From NCBI GenBank assembly GCA_037445955.1, contig JBBIJM010000005.1, forward strand, positions 1,693 to 65,692: a stretch of 64,000 nt of DNA, given 5' to 3'. The notes below the pieces were generated by a model that was not told the origin of the DNA, did no database searches, and saw nothing but the letters and a program-made list of their open reading frames with translations. The position numbers were made by a program, and so were the translations under genes. Of the stretch, positions 19,202 through 28,183 are shown in pieces; position 1 is the stretch's first letter; the number at the start of each line of letters is the position of its first letter. This DNA is from Syntrophobacterales bacterium (GTDB lineage Bacteria > Desulfobacterota > Syntrophia > Syntrophales > CAMTWB01).

Positions 19202-19236
19202 CGAAAAGAAGCCTGCTTCTTAGCACACAAGCAGGC
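19202..19236 (-). terminator. terminator-like hairpin plus U-tract in the hisS leader
   Basis: Minus-strand RNA reads GCCUGCUU-(10 nt)-AAGCAGGC followed by UUCUUUUCG, ending 16 nt before the hisS ATG. Confidence 0.4.
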
Positions 19237-19423
19237 GGGTTACAATAGAATTGGAAAGATTCGAACAGCTTTCTTTCTCCTGCCGCCGGCTTTGTTGCCC
19301 GAAAAACTGACAAGACAGTCAGATAAAATGAGAAATCTAAAATTCGTTTACCGGCTGTCCGGGAAGCCCTTGACTTTTACATATGAGGCAAGTGTGCCGC
19401 CCGTTTCCAACGGCAGGGAAGAG

Positions 19424-21910
19424 TTACCGGGAGACCGCCCCGGAGAAGGTTTCGACGGCAACCGTCTCCCCGTCGGTGCGGACGGTTATCGCGCCGGATA
19501 GATCGGTACGGAGAATCCTGGCCCCTATGGATTGGTATCTTTCCACGGTCTGACGGGGAGGGGGATTCCCCCGTCCGGTGCTGATTATCGCCACCACGGG
19601 ACTTACCGCCTTGATGAAGTCCCGGGAGTTGGAAGACCCGCCGCCGTGATGGGGGGCCAGGAGAATCCGGCTTTTGAGATCATGACCCCTTTTGATCAAC
19701 CCTGCTTCGGCCTCCGCCTGGATGTCTCCGGGCAGAAGGATTCCAACCTCCCCGAAGGTTAGTTTAAGAACGAGGGAATTATTGTTTATTTCGTCATAGG
19801 CGGCGGGGAGCGCAAGGGGCACGGGGTCGCCCGGATTAAAACACTCGATTGTCACCGAGTCGATATTCCGGGGATGGGTTCCGGCGGAGATGATCCGGTG
19901 AAGGATCTTTTTTTCCCCGATAAGTCTGATCAGTTTTTGGTAGTTTTCAGTATCCGCCGCCTGTCCGTTGGTCCAGATCTCGCCTATCGGGAATCTCTCT
20001 AAAATGTACAGGAGACCATCCAGATGATCGCTGTGGGGATGGGTCAAAACGACGAGGTCAAACGATTTGATTTTCTTTGAGAGAAAATAAGGGGCCAGCA
20101 CGTTTTTCCCCACGTCGAAATCCCCTTGAGGAGAACCGCCGCCGTCGATAAGGAGGCGTTTTCCCCGGGGAAATTCGATTAAAGAAGAGCTTCCCCGGCC
20201 CACGTCGATGGCCGTCAGGGAAAGATCATTTTGTCCTGGTCCGCTTCGGCTGGTGAGCCAGAACTGGATCAGGGCAAGGGAAATCAAGAGGATAAAACCG
20301 GAAAGAACGACCCTTCCCTCCCGGGAAGCGGCGGCCCCGGGGGCCAGGCGAAGGTAACCAATTCCGAGGATGAGAAGGGCGTAGTAGAGAAACACCTGCC
20401 CCGGAGATGGCGGCGACACCAGGAGGGACGAGCAGGGAAGGGAGTTGAACAAGAGGATCGAAGAAACGGCAAGGTCCGTGAACTGGGAACCGAGGGCAAG
20501 GAGCGATCGGGCCGCCCAGGACCAAAGAGGCGACAGAAGGAGCGCGGCAAGGGAGCAGGGGAGGGCGATGAATCCCAGAAGGGGAACGGCGAAAAGGTTG
20601 GCCAGGGGGCTTATGACGGAGAAGAGATAAAAATAATGGGCGATCAGGGGGGCGGTGCCCAGGGTAGCGGCCAGGTTTACCAGGACGAAACCAAGCAGAA
20701 GGGAGAGGGATCTCTTAATCCCCCGGCGGCTGCCGGGGGAGGGGATTTTCGGCGAAAAGAGCGGGGCGGCAAAAAGGAGCGTTGCGACGGCGGTAAAGGA
20801 GAGCTGAAAAGAGATATTGAACAGGGAGAGGGGGTCGAAGAGAAGAATAACAAAACCCGCCAGGGCCAGGGCGGAGGTTATATCTCTGAGCCTGTCCAGG
20901 CCAGCGGCTATAAGAAAAACGATGACCATTATTCCAGCCCTTATAACCGAGGGACTGCCCCCGGCCAGGAAGATATAGAGAGAAACCGGGAGAACCGAGG
21001 CCACGGTTGCGATCTTCATGATGTTGAACCGGAGCATCAGGTAGGTGGAGGATTTGAGGATGAACCTGACAAGGAAAAAGGAAAAGCCCGCAATTATTCC
21101 CACGTGAAGCCCGGAGATGGCCAGGAGATGGGCAGTCCCGGTCCGGGCAAAGGCATCCCGGATTTCCGCTGGCAAGGCCTTCCTCTCCCCTACGGTAAGG
21201 GCGGAAATAATCCGCCCGGCGACACCCTCGGTATTCTGGATGATGAAGGTATGTGCCCGCCCGCGGAGATCCTCAAGTTGCGCTCGTAAGGGGTTTCCCT
21301 GTCCTTTCCTGATGACAACCAGGCTCGCCCGATCCCGGATGTGGCCCAGGGCATCAATCCCCTGATACCGAAGGTGGCGGGCGTGATCGAAGCCGCCGGG
21401 GTTTTGGTAGTTTCTGATATCCCGCAAAACAAAATGGAAGCGGACGTAATCACCGTAGCGGACCGGCTCGGATAGCCGATTCGCCTTCCCGATGGTCAGC
21501 TTGATCCGGCCCCGGGCCCGACGGAGGGGATCTTCCTCCCCGGCCTTCCTCAGCTCCACGACGATAGAGAGGGCATCGTCTCTTAAATGCTCCAGCTCGA
21601 CTATCGTCCCTTCCCCGGTCATCTTGGCTTTACTGATCGGATTTACAATGTTATAGGTATCCCCGGGCGGCCCGAGGCAGGCGTGAAACAACAGGATCCC
21701 GGTGAGAAAGATAACCCCAAAAGAGAGGAAGAAAAACAGGATCTTTGTTCTGGCGGCGAGGAGAAGAGCCGCCAGCGTTGCAGCAAGAGCGATCTGAAGG
21801 GGAAGGTCGGGGAGGGTGAGAACGCCGCCCGTCCAGATTCCCCCGGCCAGAGAAAAGAAACCGGGCAAAAGAGGGCGACTTAAGATCTGAGAGCAAATCG
21901 TCTCTTTCAT
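19424..21910 (-). CDS. comEC: DNA internalization-related competence protein ComEC/Rec2
   Basis: Polytopic membrane core plus a C-terminal metallo-beta-lactamase domain (VLTHPHSDHLDG). The start is uncertain (21910, 21946 or 21976). Confidence 0.88.
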   Translation of the reverse strand: MKETICSQILSRPLLPGFFSLAGGIWTGGVLTLPDLPLQIALAATLAALLLAARTKILFFFLSFGVIFLTGILLFHACLGPPGDTYNIVNPISKAKMTGEGTIVELEHLRDDALSIVVELRKAGEEDPLRRARGRIKLTIGKANRLSEPVRYGDYVRFHFVLRDIRNYQNPGGFDHARHLRYQGIDALGHIRDRASLVVIRKGQGNPLRAQLEDLRGRAHTFIIQNTEGVAGRIISALTVGERKALPAEIRDAFARTGTAHLLAISGLHVGIIAGFSFFLVRFILKSSTYLMLRFNIMKIATVASVLPVSLYIFLAGGSPSVIRAGIMVIVFLIAAGLDRLRDITSALALAGFVILLFDPLSLFNISFQLSFTAVATLLFAAPLFSPKIPSPGSRRGIKRSLSLLLGFVLVNLAATLGTAPLIAHYFYLFSVISPLANLFAVPLLGFIALPCSLAALLLSPLWSWAARSLLALGSQFTDLAVSSILLFNSLPCSSLLVSPPSPGQVFLYYALLILGIGYLRLAPGAAASREGRVVLSGFILLISLALIQFWLTSRSGPGQNDLSLTAIDVGRGSSSLIEFPRGKRLLIDGGGSPQGDFDVGKNVLAPYFLSKKIKSFDLVVLTHPHSDHLDGLLYILERFPIGEIWTNGQAADTENYQKLIRLIGEKKILHRIISAGTHPRNIDSVTIECFNPGDPVPLALPAAYDEINNNSLVLKLTFGEVGILLPGDIQAEAEAGLIKRGHDLKSRILLAPHHGGGSSNSRDFIKAVSPVVAIISTGRGNPPPRQTVERYQSIGARILRTDLSGAITVRTDGETVAVETFSGAVSR

Positions 21911-23669
21911 GTTTCCAGGTCTTGGGGTCTTTGGGTTACCATACATGGATAAAGAAGGACTGCAAGAAAAAAACATCCCGCCGAAGATCCGCGACTTGCT
22001 TATTTTAAGGGTTCTTACGGTTACCTTCCTGCTCGGGATGGCCGCTTTTATCGAGATGCGGCTGGGCGAGGCGACGATTTGGGCAGCAGGTCCGGCAACC
22101 GCCTATCAGCCGTGGATCCTGCTGGTCATGATTTTGTCAACCTATCTGCTCACCGCCGTTTATTACATCTTTTCGAAATCGGTTTCCCAGGTCTCTTCCA
22201 ATATCTATTTCCAGGGGATCTGCGATGTATTGGCCGTTACCGCCCTGGTTTTTATCACCGGAGGGATCGACAGCGTCTATTCCCTGCTCTATACGCTGAT
22301 CATTATTTACTGCGTCCTCTTTCTGGGGAAACGGGGAGGGGTGATCATCGCCTCGGCCTCAAGCATCGCCTACGGACTCCTATTGGATCTGGCCTACTAT
22401 GAGATAATCAATCCTTTGAGTTCTTCCCCTCTAAATGACTATTACGGTTCCGGCTACGTTTTTACCCGGATCTTCGTGCACATTATTTCGTTCTATATCG
22501 TTGCCTTGATCGCGAGTTTCCTCGTCGAAAGGGAAAGGAGGGCAAGTTCGCTTCTGGCCGAAAGGGAGACGGCGTTTGAACAGCTTGACCTCCTGCACCG
22601 CAGCATCATCGAATCGGTCAATGTGGGGATATTGACGATCAATCTCCGGGGTCTGATAAAGACCTTCAACCGGGCCGCGGAGGAGATTACCGGAGAGGCC
22701 CTGAAAGATGTCCGCAACCGGAGGCTCAACGAGGTATTTCCCGCTTACAAAGAGGTCTTTTCCGAAGGGATGAGTTCGGATATAGAAACCAAGAGTATCA
22801 ACAGAGAAATGGAATTCATAAGGAAAGACTTGGAAAAGATCATCCTGTCCACCTCCCTGTCTATCCTGAAAGACAGCTCAGGCAAAGAGCTGGGAGAGAT
22901 TATGATTTTCCAGGACATAACCAGAAACAAGATGATGGAGGAGGACCTGGAGAGGAGCAAACGCCTGGCGTTTATCGGGGAGATGGCATCCGGTCTTGCC
23001 CATGAGATCAGAAACCCCCTGGCCGCCTTGAGCGGTTCGATCCAGCTCTTGCAGAAGAACCTCTTCTTGACCGATCAGGAAAGACGTCTCATGGATATCG
23101 TCCTTAGGGGAAAAGAGCAGTTGGAGAGCTTCATGCAGGACTTTCTCCTCTTCATCCGCCCTCTGCCCGGGAATTATGACGAGTTGGCTATCGGTCAGGT
23201 TATAGAGGAGACAATCGAGTCGCTACGGCTGGTGCCGGACTGGCATGAAGACATCGATATTGGGACCTCTCTTCTCCCGGGGCCAAAGATCAAGATGAAA
23301 AAAACCGAGCTCAGGCAGATTGTCTGGAACCTCTTATTGAATGCGGTTCAGGCGCTGCCCGGTCCCGGGCGGCTCACCGTGGCGACGGAGTACAGACATT
23401 ATCCTCCGGGAGGCGGCTCCTGGGTAATAAGGGTAAGGGACAATGGAATCGGCATCGATAAGGCGGATCTCAAGAGGGTGTTAGAACCGTTCTATACGAA
23501 GAAACCGGCGGGGACAGGCTTGGGTCTGGCGATCGTAAACAGGATCGTCTCCGGCTATGAGGGCTCCGTTTCGATAGAAAGCGAGACGCAAAAAGGGACG
23601 ACGGTGGAAGTCCAGCTTCCCTGTCCGGACGGCGGGAGGGCTGAAAATGGCGAAGATTCTCGTCGTTGA
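21909..23669 (+). CDS. sensor histidine kinase (multi-TM N-terminus, PAS, HisKA, HATPase)
   Basis: 586 aa with H-box FIGEMASGLAHEIRNPL, N-box NLLLNAVQA and G-boxes DNGIGI / GTGLGLAI. An alternative start lies at 21945. Confidence 0.88.
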   Translation: MFPGLGVFGLPYMDKEGLQEKNIPPKIRDLLILRVLTVTFLLGMAAFIEMRLGEATIWAAGPATAYQPWILLVMILSTYLLTAVYYIFSKSVSQVSSNIYFQGICDVLAVTALVFITGGIDSVYSLLYTLIIIYCVLFLGKRGGVIIASASSIAYGLLLDLAYYEIINPLSSSPLNDYYGSGYVFTRIFVHIISFYIVALIASFLVERERRASSLLAERETAFEQLDLLHRSIIESVNVGILTINLRGLIKTFNRAAEEITGEALKDVRNRRLNEVFPAYKEVFSEGMSSDIETKSINREMEFIRKDLEKIILSTSLSILKDSSGKELGEIMIFQDITRNKMMEEDLERSKRLAFIGEMASGLAHEIRNPLAALSGSIQLLQKNLFLTDQERRLMDIVLRGKEQLESFMQDFLLFIRPLPGNYDELAIGQVIEETIESLRLVPDWHEDIDIGTSLLPGPKIKMKKTELRQIVWNLLLNAVQALPGPGRLTVATEYRHYPPGGGSWVIRVRDNGIGIDKADLKRVLEPFYTKKPAGTGLGLAIVNRIVSGYEGSVSIESETQKGTTVEVQLPCPDGGRAENGEDSRR

Positions 23670-25011
23670 CGACGATCAGGGGATAAGAGAACTCCTGGAG
23701 ATCCTTCTGGCCGGAGAGGGCCATGAGGTGGTCGGGGTTCAAGACGCAATCCGGGCCTTAAACATCTGTCGCAAGAAAGGCTTCGAACTGATTATCACGG
23801 ATCTCAAGATGCCCAGGATGGATGGTCTGGAGTTTATCAAGGCGGTAAAGGAGATCCTGCCGGATGCGATGTTTATTCTGGTGACGGCCTTTGCCTCCGG
23901 GGAGACCGCCCTGGCGGCGATGAATCTGGGGGTTTACGACTATATCGAAAAGGGCTTCGATGTGGAAGACTTCAAAAAGGTGGTCGCCTGCGCCCTGGAA
24001 AAAAAGGGACTCAACAGGGAGGAGCTGCAGTTCATCAGGGATGTGGAGGAAAACGTCTCTTTCGGCGGGATGATCGGCAAGAACAGAGAGATGCTCAAGG
24101 TGTATTCGACGGTCCGGAAGGTGGCGGATAACCGGGCCAACGTTCTGGTCCTGGGGGAGAGCGGAACGGGAAAGGAGCTCGTGGCCAGGGCCATCCACCA
24201 GCACTCGCCGAGGAAGACGAAACCTTTTGTGGTTATAAACTGTGGCGGGATCCCCGAGACCCTTCTGGAGAGCGAACTGTTCGGACATATGAAAGGGGCC
24301 TTTACCGGGGCCAATCAAGACAAGCCGGGATTGTTTGAGGTGGCAAGCGGGGGAACCATATTTCTCGACGAGATCGGCGAGCTCTCCCTAGCCCTCCAGG
24401 TGAAGCTCCTCCGGGTGGTCGAGGAGAAGAGTTTCCGCAGGATTGCCGGGACGGAAGACATCAAGGTGGATGTGAGGATAATCTCCGCGACCAATAAGGA
24501 CCTTCTGGAGAAGGTGGGCCAGGGGACGTTTAGAGAGGATCTGTATTATCGCCTGAATGTGATCCCGATCAGGATTCCCCCTCTTCGGGAGAGGAAGGAC
24601 GACCTCCCGGTGCTGGCCGAGTATTTCATAAACAAGTATGCCCGGGAATTAGGCAAGGAGATCAAGACGATCTCCTCTTATGCCATGGAGTTGCTCATGG
24701 AATATCCCTTTCCGGGAAATGTTCGGGAGCTGGCCCATATAATTGAAAGAAGCATCGCCCTGGAATCGTCTAAGATCATCCTCCCGGACAGCATGCTCCT
24801 TTCGGCCTCGGCCTTTGAAACAAAGGAAAAGGCCGCCCCGGAGATTGCTGAGGAGGGTCTTGACTTAAACGACGAGCTGGCAAGATACGAGAGGAGCCTG
24901 GTAGAACAGGCCCTGCAAAAGACCCGGAACTCGAAGACCAAAGCGGCCCAATTGCTTAAGGTAAGCTATGATTCCTTAAACTATCGCATCGATAAGCTGG
25001 GGATCAAGTAG
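23647..25011 (+). CDS. sigma-54-dependent response regulator (NtrC family)
   Basis: 454 aa with a receiver domain (ILVVDDD...DLKMPRMDG), an AAA+ domain with GESGTGKE and GAFTGA, and a C-terminal HTH. SD GGGAGG. It overlaps the kinase stop. Confidence 0.92.
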   Translation: MAKILVVDDDQGIRELLEILLAGEGHEVVGVQDAIRALNICRKKGFELIITDLKMPRMDGLEFIKAVKEILPDAMFILVTAFASGETALAAMNLGVYDYIEKGFDVEDFKKVVACALEKKGLNREELQFIRDVEENVSFGGMIGKNREMLKVYSTVRKVADNRANVLVLGESGTGKELVARAIHQHSPRKTKPFVVINCGGIPETLLESELFGHMKGAFTGANQDKPGLFEVASGGTIFLDEIGELSLALQVKLLRVVEEKSFRRIAGTEDIKVDVRIISATNKDLLEKVGQGTFREDLYYRLNVIPIRIPPLRERKDDLPVLAEYFINKYARELGKEIKTISSYAMELLMEYPFPGNVRELAHIIERSIALESSKIILPDSMLLSASAFETKEKAAPEIAEEGLDLNDELARYERSLVEQALQKTRNSKTKAAQLLKVSYDSLNYRIDKLGIK

Positions 25012-25032
25012 CGACCTGATACCCCCCCGGTT

Positions 25033-26769
25033 CTATGTCCCCGGATCAAGATTGGCCATGTCCTTCATCTTTAGTTGCAGATCCGCCGACCCGTTCCAGT
25101 AATTGAGCTGGGGCGTGAAGACTATATCGAAACGGTTTCCTTGTATTTCCTGACTGAAGGAGCCTTTGTTGAACCAGATCGAACTGCAATTTATGCCGTC
25201 TCCGGCGATCTTCATCTTCAGGTGTTTGTTGCCCACGACGGTTTTTGAGCTTATGCTCACCCCCCGGGTCAGGAAAACCGGCTCCGGGTTACTGGCGCCG
25301 AAAGGGGCCAATCGATCAAGCTGGGCGAGAAAGTCTTCTTCCAGGTCCTGAAGGCGGCAGGAAGAATCGATAAGGGTCTGGGGGGCCAGATCCCGCGAGT
25401 CAAAATGCGCCTTCGCTATCTCGTTTAGTTTGACAGCGAAATCCCCGATGTCCTCTTCTCTGATGGAAATCCCGGCGGCATAGCAATGCCCCCCGTAGGA
25501 CAGGAGATGGTTGTCGCATTTCTTCAGTCCCTGATAGATATTGAAATCGTTTAAACTCCGGCCGGAACCCCGGCCCAGACCATCCTTGAGGCTAATAAGG
25601 ATCGCCGGTCTGTTGAACCGGTCCACCAGCCGGGAGGCGACAATTCCCATAACCCCCGGATGCCAGTCGGGCGAGGCCAGGATCAGGGCATATAGATCCT
25701 TATGCTCTGCGATATCGGTCAGTTTAGCCGCAATTTCCTCGAAGATGCTTTTCTCTAAGGCCTGTCTCTTCCGATTGTACGTGTCGAGTTCTTTCGCCAG
25801 CGATCGCGCTTCTTCGATGCCGGGTGCTAACAACAGCTCCACCGCCCTCCCGGCGCCGGCAAGACGGCCGGCGGCATTGATCCGGGGGATAAGGGCAAAC
25901 GAGGCCCGCATCGTATCGATCACCTGGTTTTCCAGGGCGCAGATCTCCTTTAAGGCCTTGATACCTGTGCGTCCGCCGGTATTGATGAGCTCGAGGCCGA
26001 TCCGGGTGAAGAGCCTGTTTTCGTCGATCAGGGGCACGACGTCGGCGATGGTTCCCAGGGCCACAATATCGAGATAGGTCCTGAGGTTGGGGTAGTTTTT
26101 CCCGTTCCAGAAACCCTGTTCCCTGAGGCAGCCCCGGAGGGCAATGAGAAAGTTGAAGACAATCCCCACCGCCGCCAGATGTTTAAAGGGGAACAAACAG
26201 TCGGCCTGTTTCGGATTGATCAGGGCCACTGCCTTAGGCAGTTCGTCGGCAACCTCGTGATGGTCAAGGACGATGGTGTCGATCCCCAGGCAAGACGCAT
26301 GGGCGATCTGTTCTCTGTCGGAGATGCCGCAATCTACCGTGATGATCAGGCTGATCCCCTGGGATTTTATTGAATCAATTGCCCTGACATTTAAGCCGTA
26401 GCCTTCTTCCGTTCGGTCTGGTATGTAGTAGCCCACCCGGTCGGTGATTGCCCTCAGGAAATCGTAGAGGATCGCCACCGAGGTGATGCCGTCGGCGTCG
26501 TAATCGCCGTAGATGATGATCTTCTCTCTGCGGTTGAGGGCGGATAAGAGCCGTTCAACCCCGGTTTTCATGTCTTTCATGAGGAAGGGGTTATGCAGGT
26601 CCTTGAGATTGGGGGACAAAAACAACCTGGCCTGGGTCGGGTCCTTGATCTTTCTTGCCGAAAGCACCCGGGCAATCAGGGGATTGAGGTTGAGTTCGGA
26701 GGCAAGCTGCCGGGCAGCCGGGTTATCCTCCTCGGCGACGCGCCAATTTGTAGTGGGCAGGTTAGGCAT
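25033..26769 (-). CDS. recJ: single-stranded-DNA-specific exonuclease RecJ
   Basis: DHH/DHHA1 motifs (IYGDYDADGITS, DHH). I moved the start to ATG 26769 because a good promoter lies inside the longer track ORF. Confidence 0.9.
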   Translation of the reverse strand: MPNLPTTNWRVAEEDNPAARQLASELNLNPLIARVLSARKIKDPTQARLFLSPNLKDLHNPFLMKDMKTGVERLLSALNRREKIIIYGDYDADGITSVAILYDFLRAITDRVGYYIPDRTEEGYGLNVRAIDSIKSQGISLIITVDCGISDREQIAHASCLGIDTIVLDHHEVADELPKAVALINPKQADCLFPFKHLAAVGIVFNFLIALRGCLREQGFWNGKNYPNLRTYLDIVALGTIADVVPLIDENRLFTRIGLELINTGGRTGIKALKEICALENQVIDTMRASFALIPRINAAGRLAGAGRAVELLLAPGIEEARSLAKELDTYNRKRQALEKSIFEEIAAKLTDIAEHKDLYALILASPDWHPGVMGIVASRLVDRFNRPAILISLKDGLGRGSGRSLNDFNIYQGLKKCDNHLLSYGGHCYAAGISIREEDIGDFAVKLNEIAKAHFDSRDLAPQTLIDSSCRLQDLEEDFLAQLDRLAPFGASNPEPVFLTRGVSISSKTVVGNKHLKMKIAGDGINCSSIWFNKGSFSQEIQGNRFDIVFTPQLNYWNGSADLQLKMKDMANLDPGT

Positions 26770-26798
26770 ATTTCCCGCGGGCTTCCTTGGTTTGCGGC

Positions 26799-26826
26799 AT
26801 CTTACCTGGATATGGCTATAAGTCAA
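26799..26826 (-). promoter_or_regulatory. candidate sigma-70 promoter of recJ
   Basis: On the minus strand: TTGACT (26826-26821), 16-nt spacer, TAAGAT (26804-26799), about 30 nt upstream of ATG 26769. Confidence 0.45.
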
Positions 26827-26839
26827 GGGGTAAAGACAA

Positions 26840-26862
26840 CCCAAATTATCCCAAATTATCCC
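26840..26862. repeat. tandem 10-bp repeat CCCAAATTAT x2.3
   Basis: Exact tandem copies at 26840-26849 and 26850-26859 plus a partial CCC. They lie exactly between two divergent -35 hexamers. Confidence 0.9.
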
Positions 26863-26891
26863 TTGACAGGTAATATTCTTTCTGCTAGATG
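26863..26891 (+). promoter_or_regulatory. candidate sigma-70 promoter (extended -10) driving the leader and PxxKW operon
   Basis: TTGACA (26863-26868), 17-nt spacer, TAGATG (26886-26891), preceded by TGC (TGn extended -10). Confidence 0.45.
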
Positions 26892-26904
26892 CGCGGTGAT
26901 TTTT

Positions 26905-26940
26905 TCAGGCGCCGCAGGGGATAATCCCGGCGGCGCCTGA
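26905..26940 (+). other. GC-rich stem-loop in the leader transcript
   Basis: TCAGGCGCCGC (26905-26915) pairs perfectly with GCGGCGCCTGA (26930-26940). The stem is extended by GGG/CCC. Confidence 0.6.
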
Positions 26941-26958
26941 CAGGTTGCAGGAAAAGCG

Positions 26959-27005
26959 CCGGACTACCTTATCTGTACAGACAGAAAAGTTGTTCGGTTT
27001 TTTTT
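26959..27005 (+). terminator. intrinsic-terminator-like hairpin plus U8
   Basis: Outer stem CCGGAC/GUUCGG and inner stem CUUAUCUGU/ACAGAAAAG (one mismatch) with tetraloop ACAG. It is followed by 8 T (26998-27005), 30 nt before the PxxKW ATG. Confidence 0.5.
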
Positions 27006-27035
27006 ACAAAATATTTTTGAAAGGGGTTTTGGGTA

Positions 27036-27317
27036 ATGATTTGTCAGACGATCAAAATAGGAACGGATTGCGCCTTTATGGGTAAAAACGGCTGTGGTTA
27101 CAACGGAGGGAGCTGCCATGTAATCATAGATAAATGTGAAGAATGCAGCAAGGTCTTCGACCTGGAAAACGGTAAGTATTGCCGGGTCTATCCGGATCCG
27201 GCCAGCAAGTGGATATATGGGAATTGTCCCACCGCGTCCCATCTTAAAAGGGTAATTGCCGAACCGACCCAGAAGTTGAATCCCCTCAAGGCCTCGAAAA
27301 GATCGAAAAAACATTAA
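27036..27317 (+). CDS. small cysteine-rich protein (PxxKW-family-like)
   Basis: 93 aa with 8 Cys, the motif P-A-S-K-W (PDPASKW) and a basic C-terminal tail. The family name is recalled from memory and was not searched. Confidence 0.6.
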   Translation: MICQTIKIGTDCAFMGKNGCGYNGGSCHVIIDKCEECSKVFDLENGKYCRVYPDPASKWIYGNCPTASHLKRVIAEPTQKLNPLKASKRSKKH

Positions 27318-28183
27318 TGGGAATGGCCGGCTCAAAGGGAGGTGTCCCTGTGCCCAAAAGACCACTTAAGATGGAAGAGATTCTTCCCGGGGAATGGCGT
27401 TTCGGGTATCCGTCGAAGCAGGCGAAGCTGATAAAAAGACTCATCGATGCGGTTTCGCAATTAGAACGGGGCGATCTGGACGGGGCGGAGGCAAAACTCC
27501 GGGGTCTGATAGATCAACATCCTCCCTACATAGACGGCCGGCATTTCCTGGCGCTGGTCCTTTTCAACAAGAAGCTCTATGACGAAGCCCTTGCCCTCTG
27601 GCGGGAAGCGGTCGAACTGGGGATGAGCTCGCTTCCGGAGAGGTTTGTCCTGGGAACGGCCCGTCTGGAATGGATGTGGCCGGAGAATAGGCCTTTTCTT
27701 AGGGCCTATGCCTGGCTGGGCCTGGCCCTGAAACAGCAGGGTGAGGCTGAGGAGGCCCTGACGATCTTCCGCAACCTCCTGGCCTTAGACCCGGGCGATC
27801 ATCAGGGGATTCGCGCCTCGGCGCTTGAGGTGGCCTTTGCCGGAAAACTGCCCGAGGTGGTCCTGGAGATTTGCGGGCGGTTTCCGGCTGACGCTTTAGT
27901 TGACGTCGTATATGCCCGGCCCCTTGCGCTCCTTCAGACGGGGCGAAAGGAGGAGGCCGAAGAAGACCTGGCCCGGGCGATCGAAGATTACCCCCTGGTG
28001 GCAAGGGAGCTGATCAAAAAGAGACACCTGCCGGTAAGGCCGGCCCAGCCGGGATATATTGAAGTAGGCGGGGCCGACGAAGCCTACCTGTACTGGCTTA
28101 AGATGGGTAAATATTGGAAGGGCACCCTGGGCGCCCTGGATCTCGTTAAAGTCGTCAGCCGCGGTCCGCAAGAAATCGCTTGA
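27317..28183 (+). CDS. TPR-like repeat protein, function unknown
   Basis: 288 aa with helical repeat signatures (EALALWREAVELG, EEALTIFRNLLALDPGD). Its start overlaps the PxxKW stop (TAATG). An alternative start lies at 27371. Confidence 0.65.
   Translation: MGMAGSKGGVPVPKRPLKMEEILPGEWRFGYPSKQAKLIKRLIDAVSQLERGDLDGAEAKLRGLIDQHPPYIDGRHFLALVLFNKKLYDEALALWREAVELGMSSLPERFVLGTARLEWMWPENRPFLRAYAWLGLALKQQGEAEEALTIFRNLLALDPGDHQGIRASALEVAFAGKLPEVVLEICGRFPADALVDVVYARPLALLQTGRKEEAEEDLARAIEDYPLVARELIKKRHLPVRPAQPGYIEVGGADEAYLYWLKMGKYWKGTLGALDLVKVVSRGPQEIA

Noticed and set aside
26889-26924. An Arg-rich mini-ORF, MRGDFFRRRRG, over the 5' arm of the leader hairpin (possible leader peptide).
   Set aside because: Its ATG lies inside the predicted -10 hexamer, so it would not be on the transcript if that promoter is right. 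No SD is present. I keep it only as a note, in case TSS mapping shows an upstream start.
26964-27365. A 133-aa minus-strand ORF opposite the PxxKW gene.
   Set aside because: It overlaps the terminator and the better-supported plus-strand cysteine-rich gene. It has no family resemblance.
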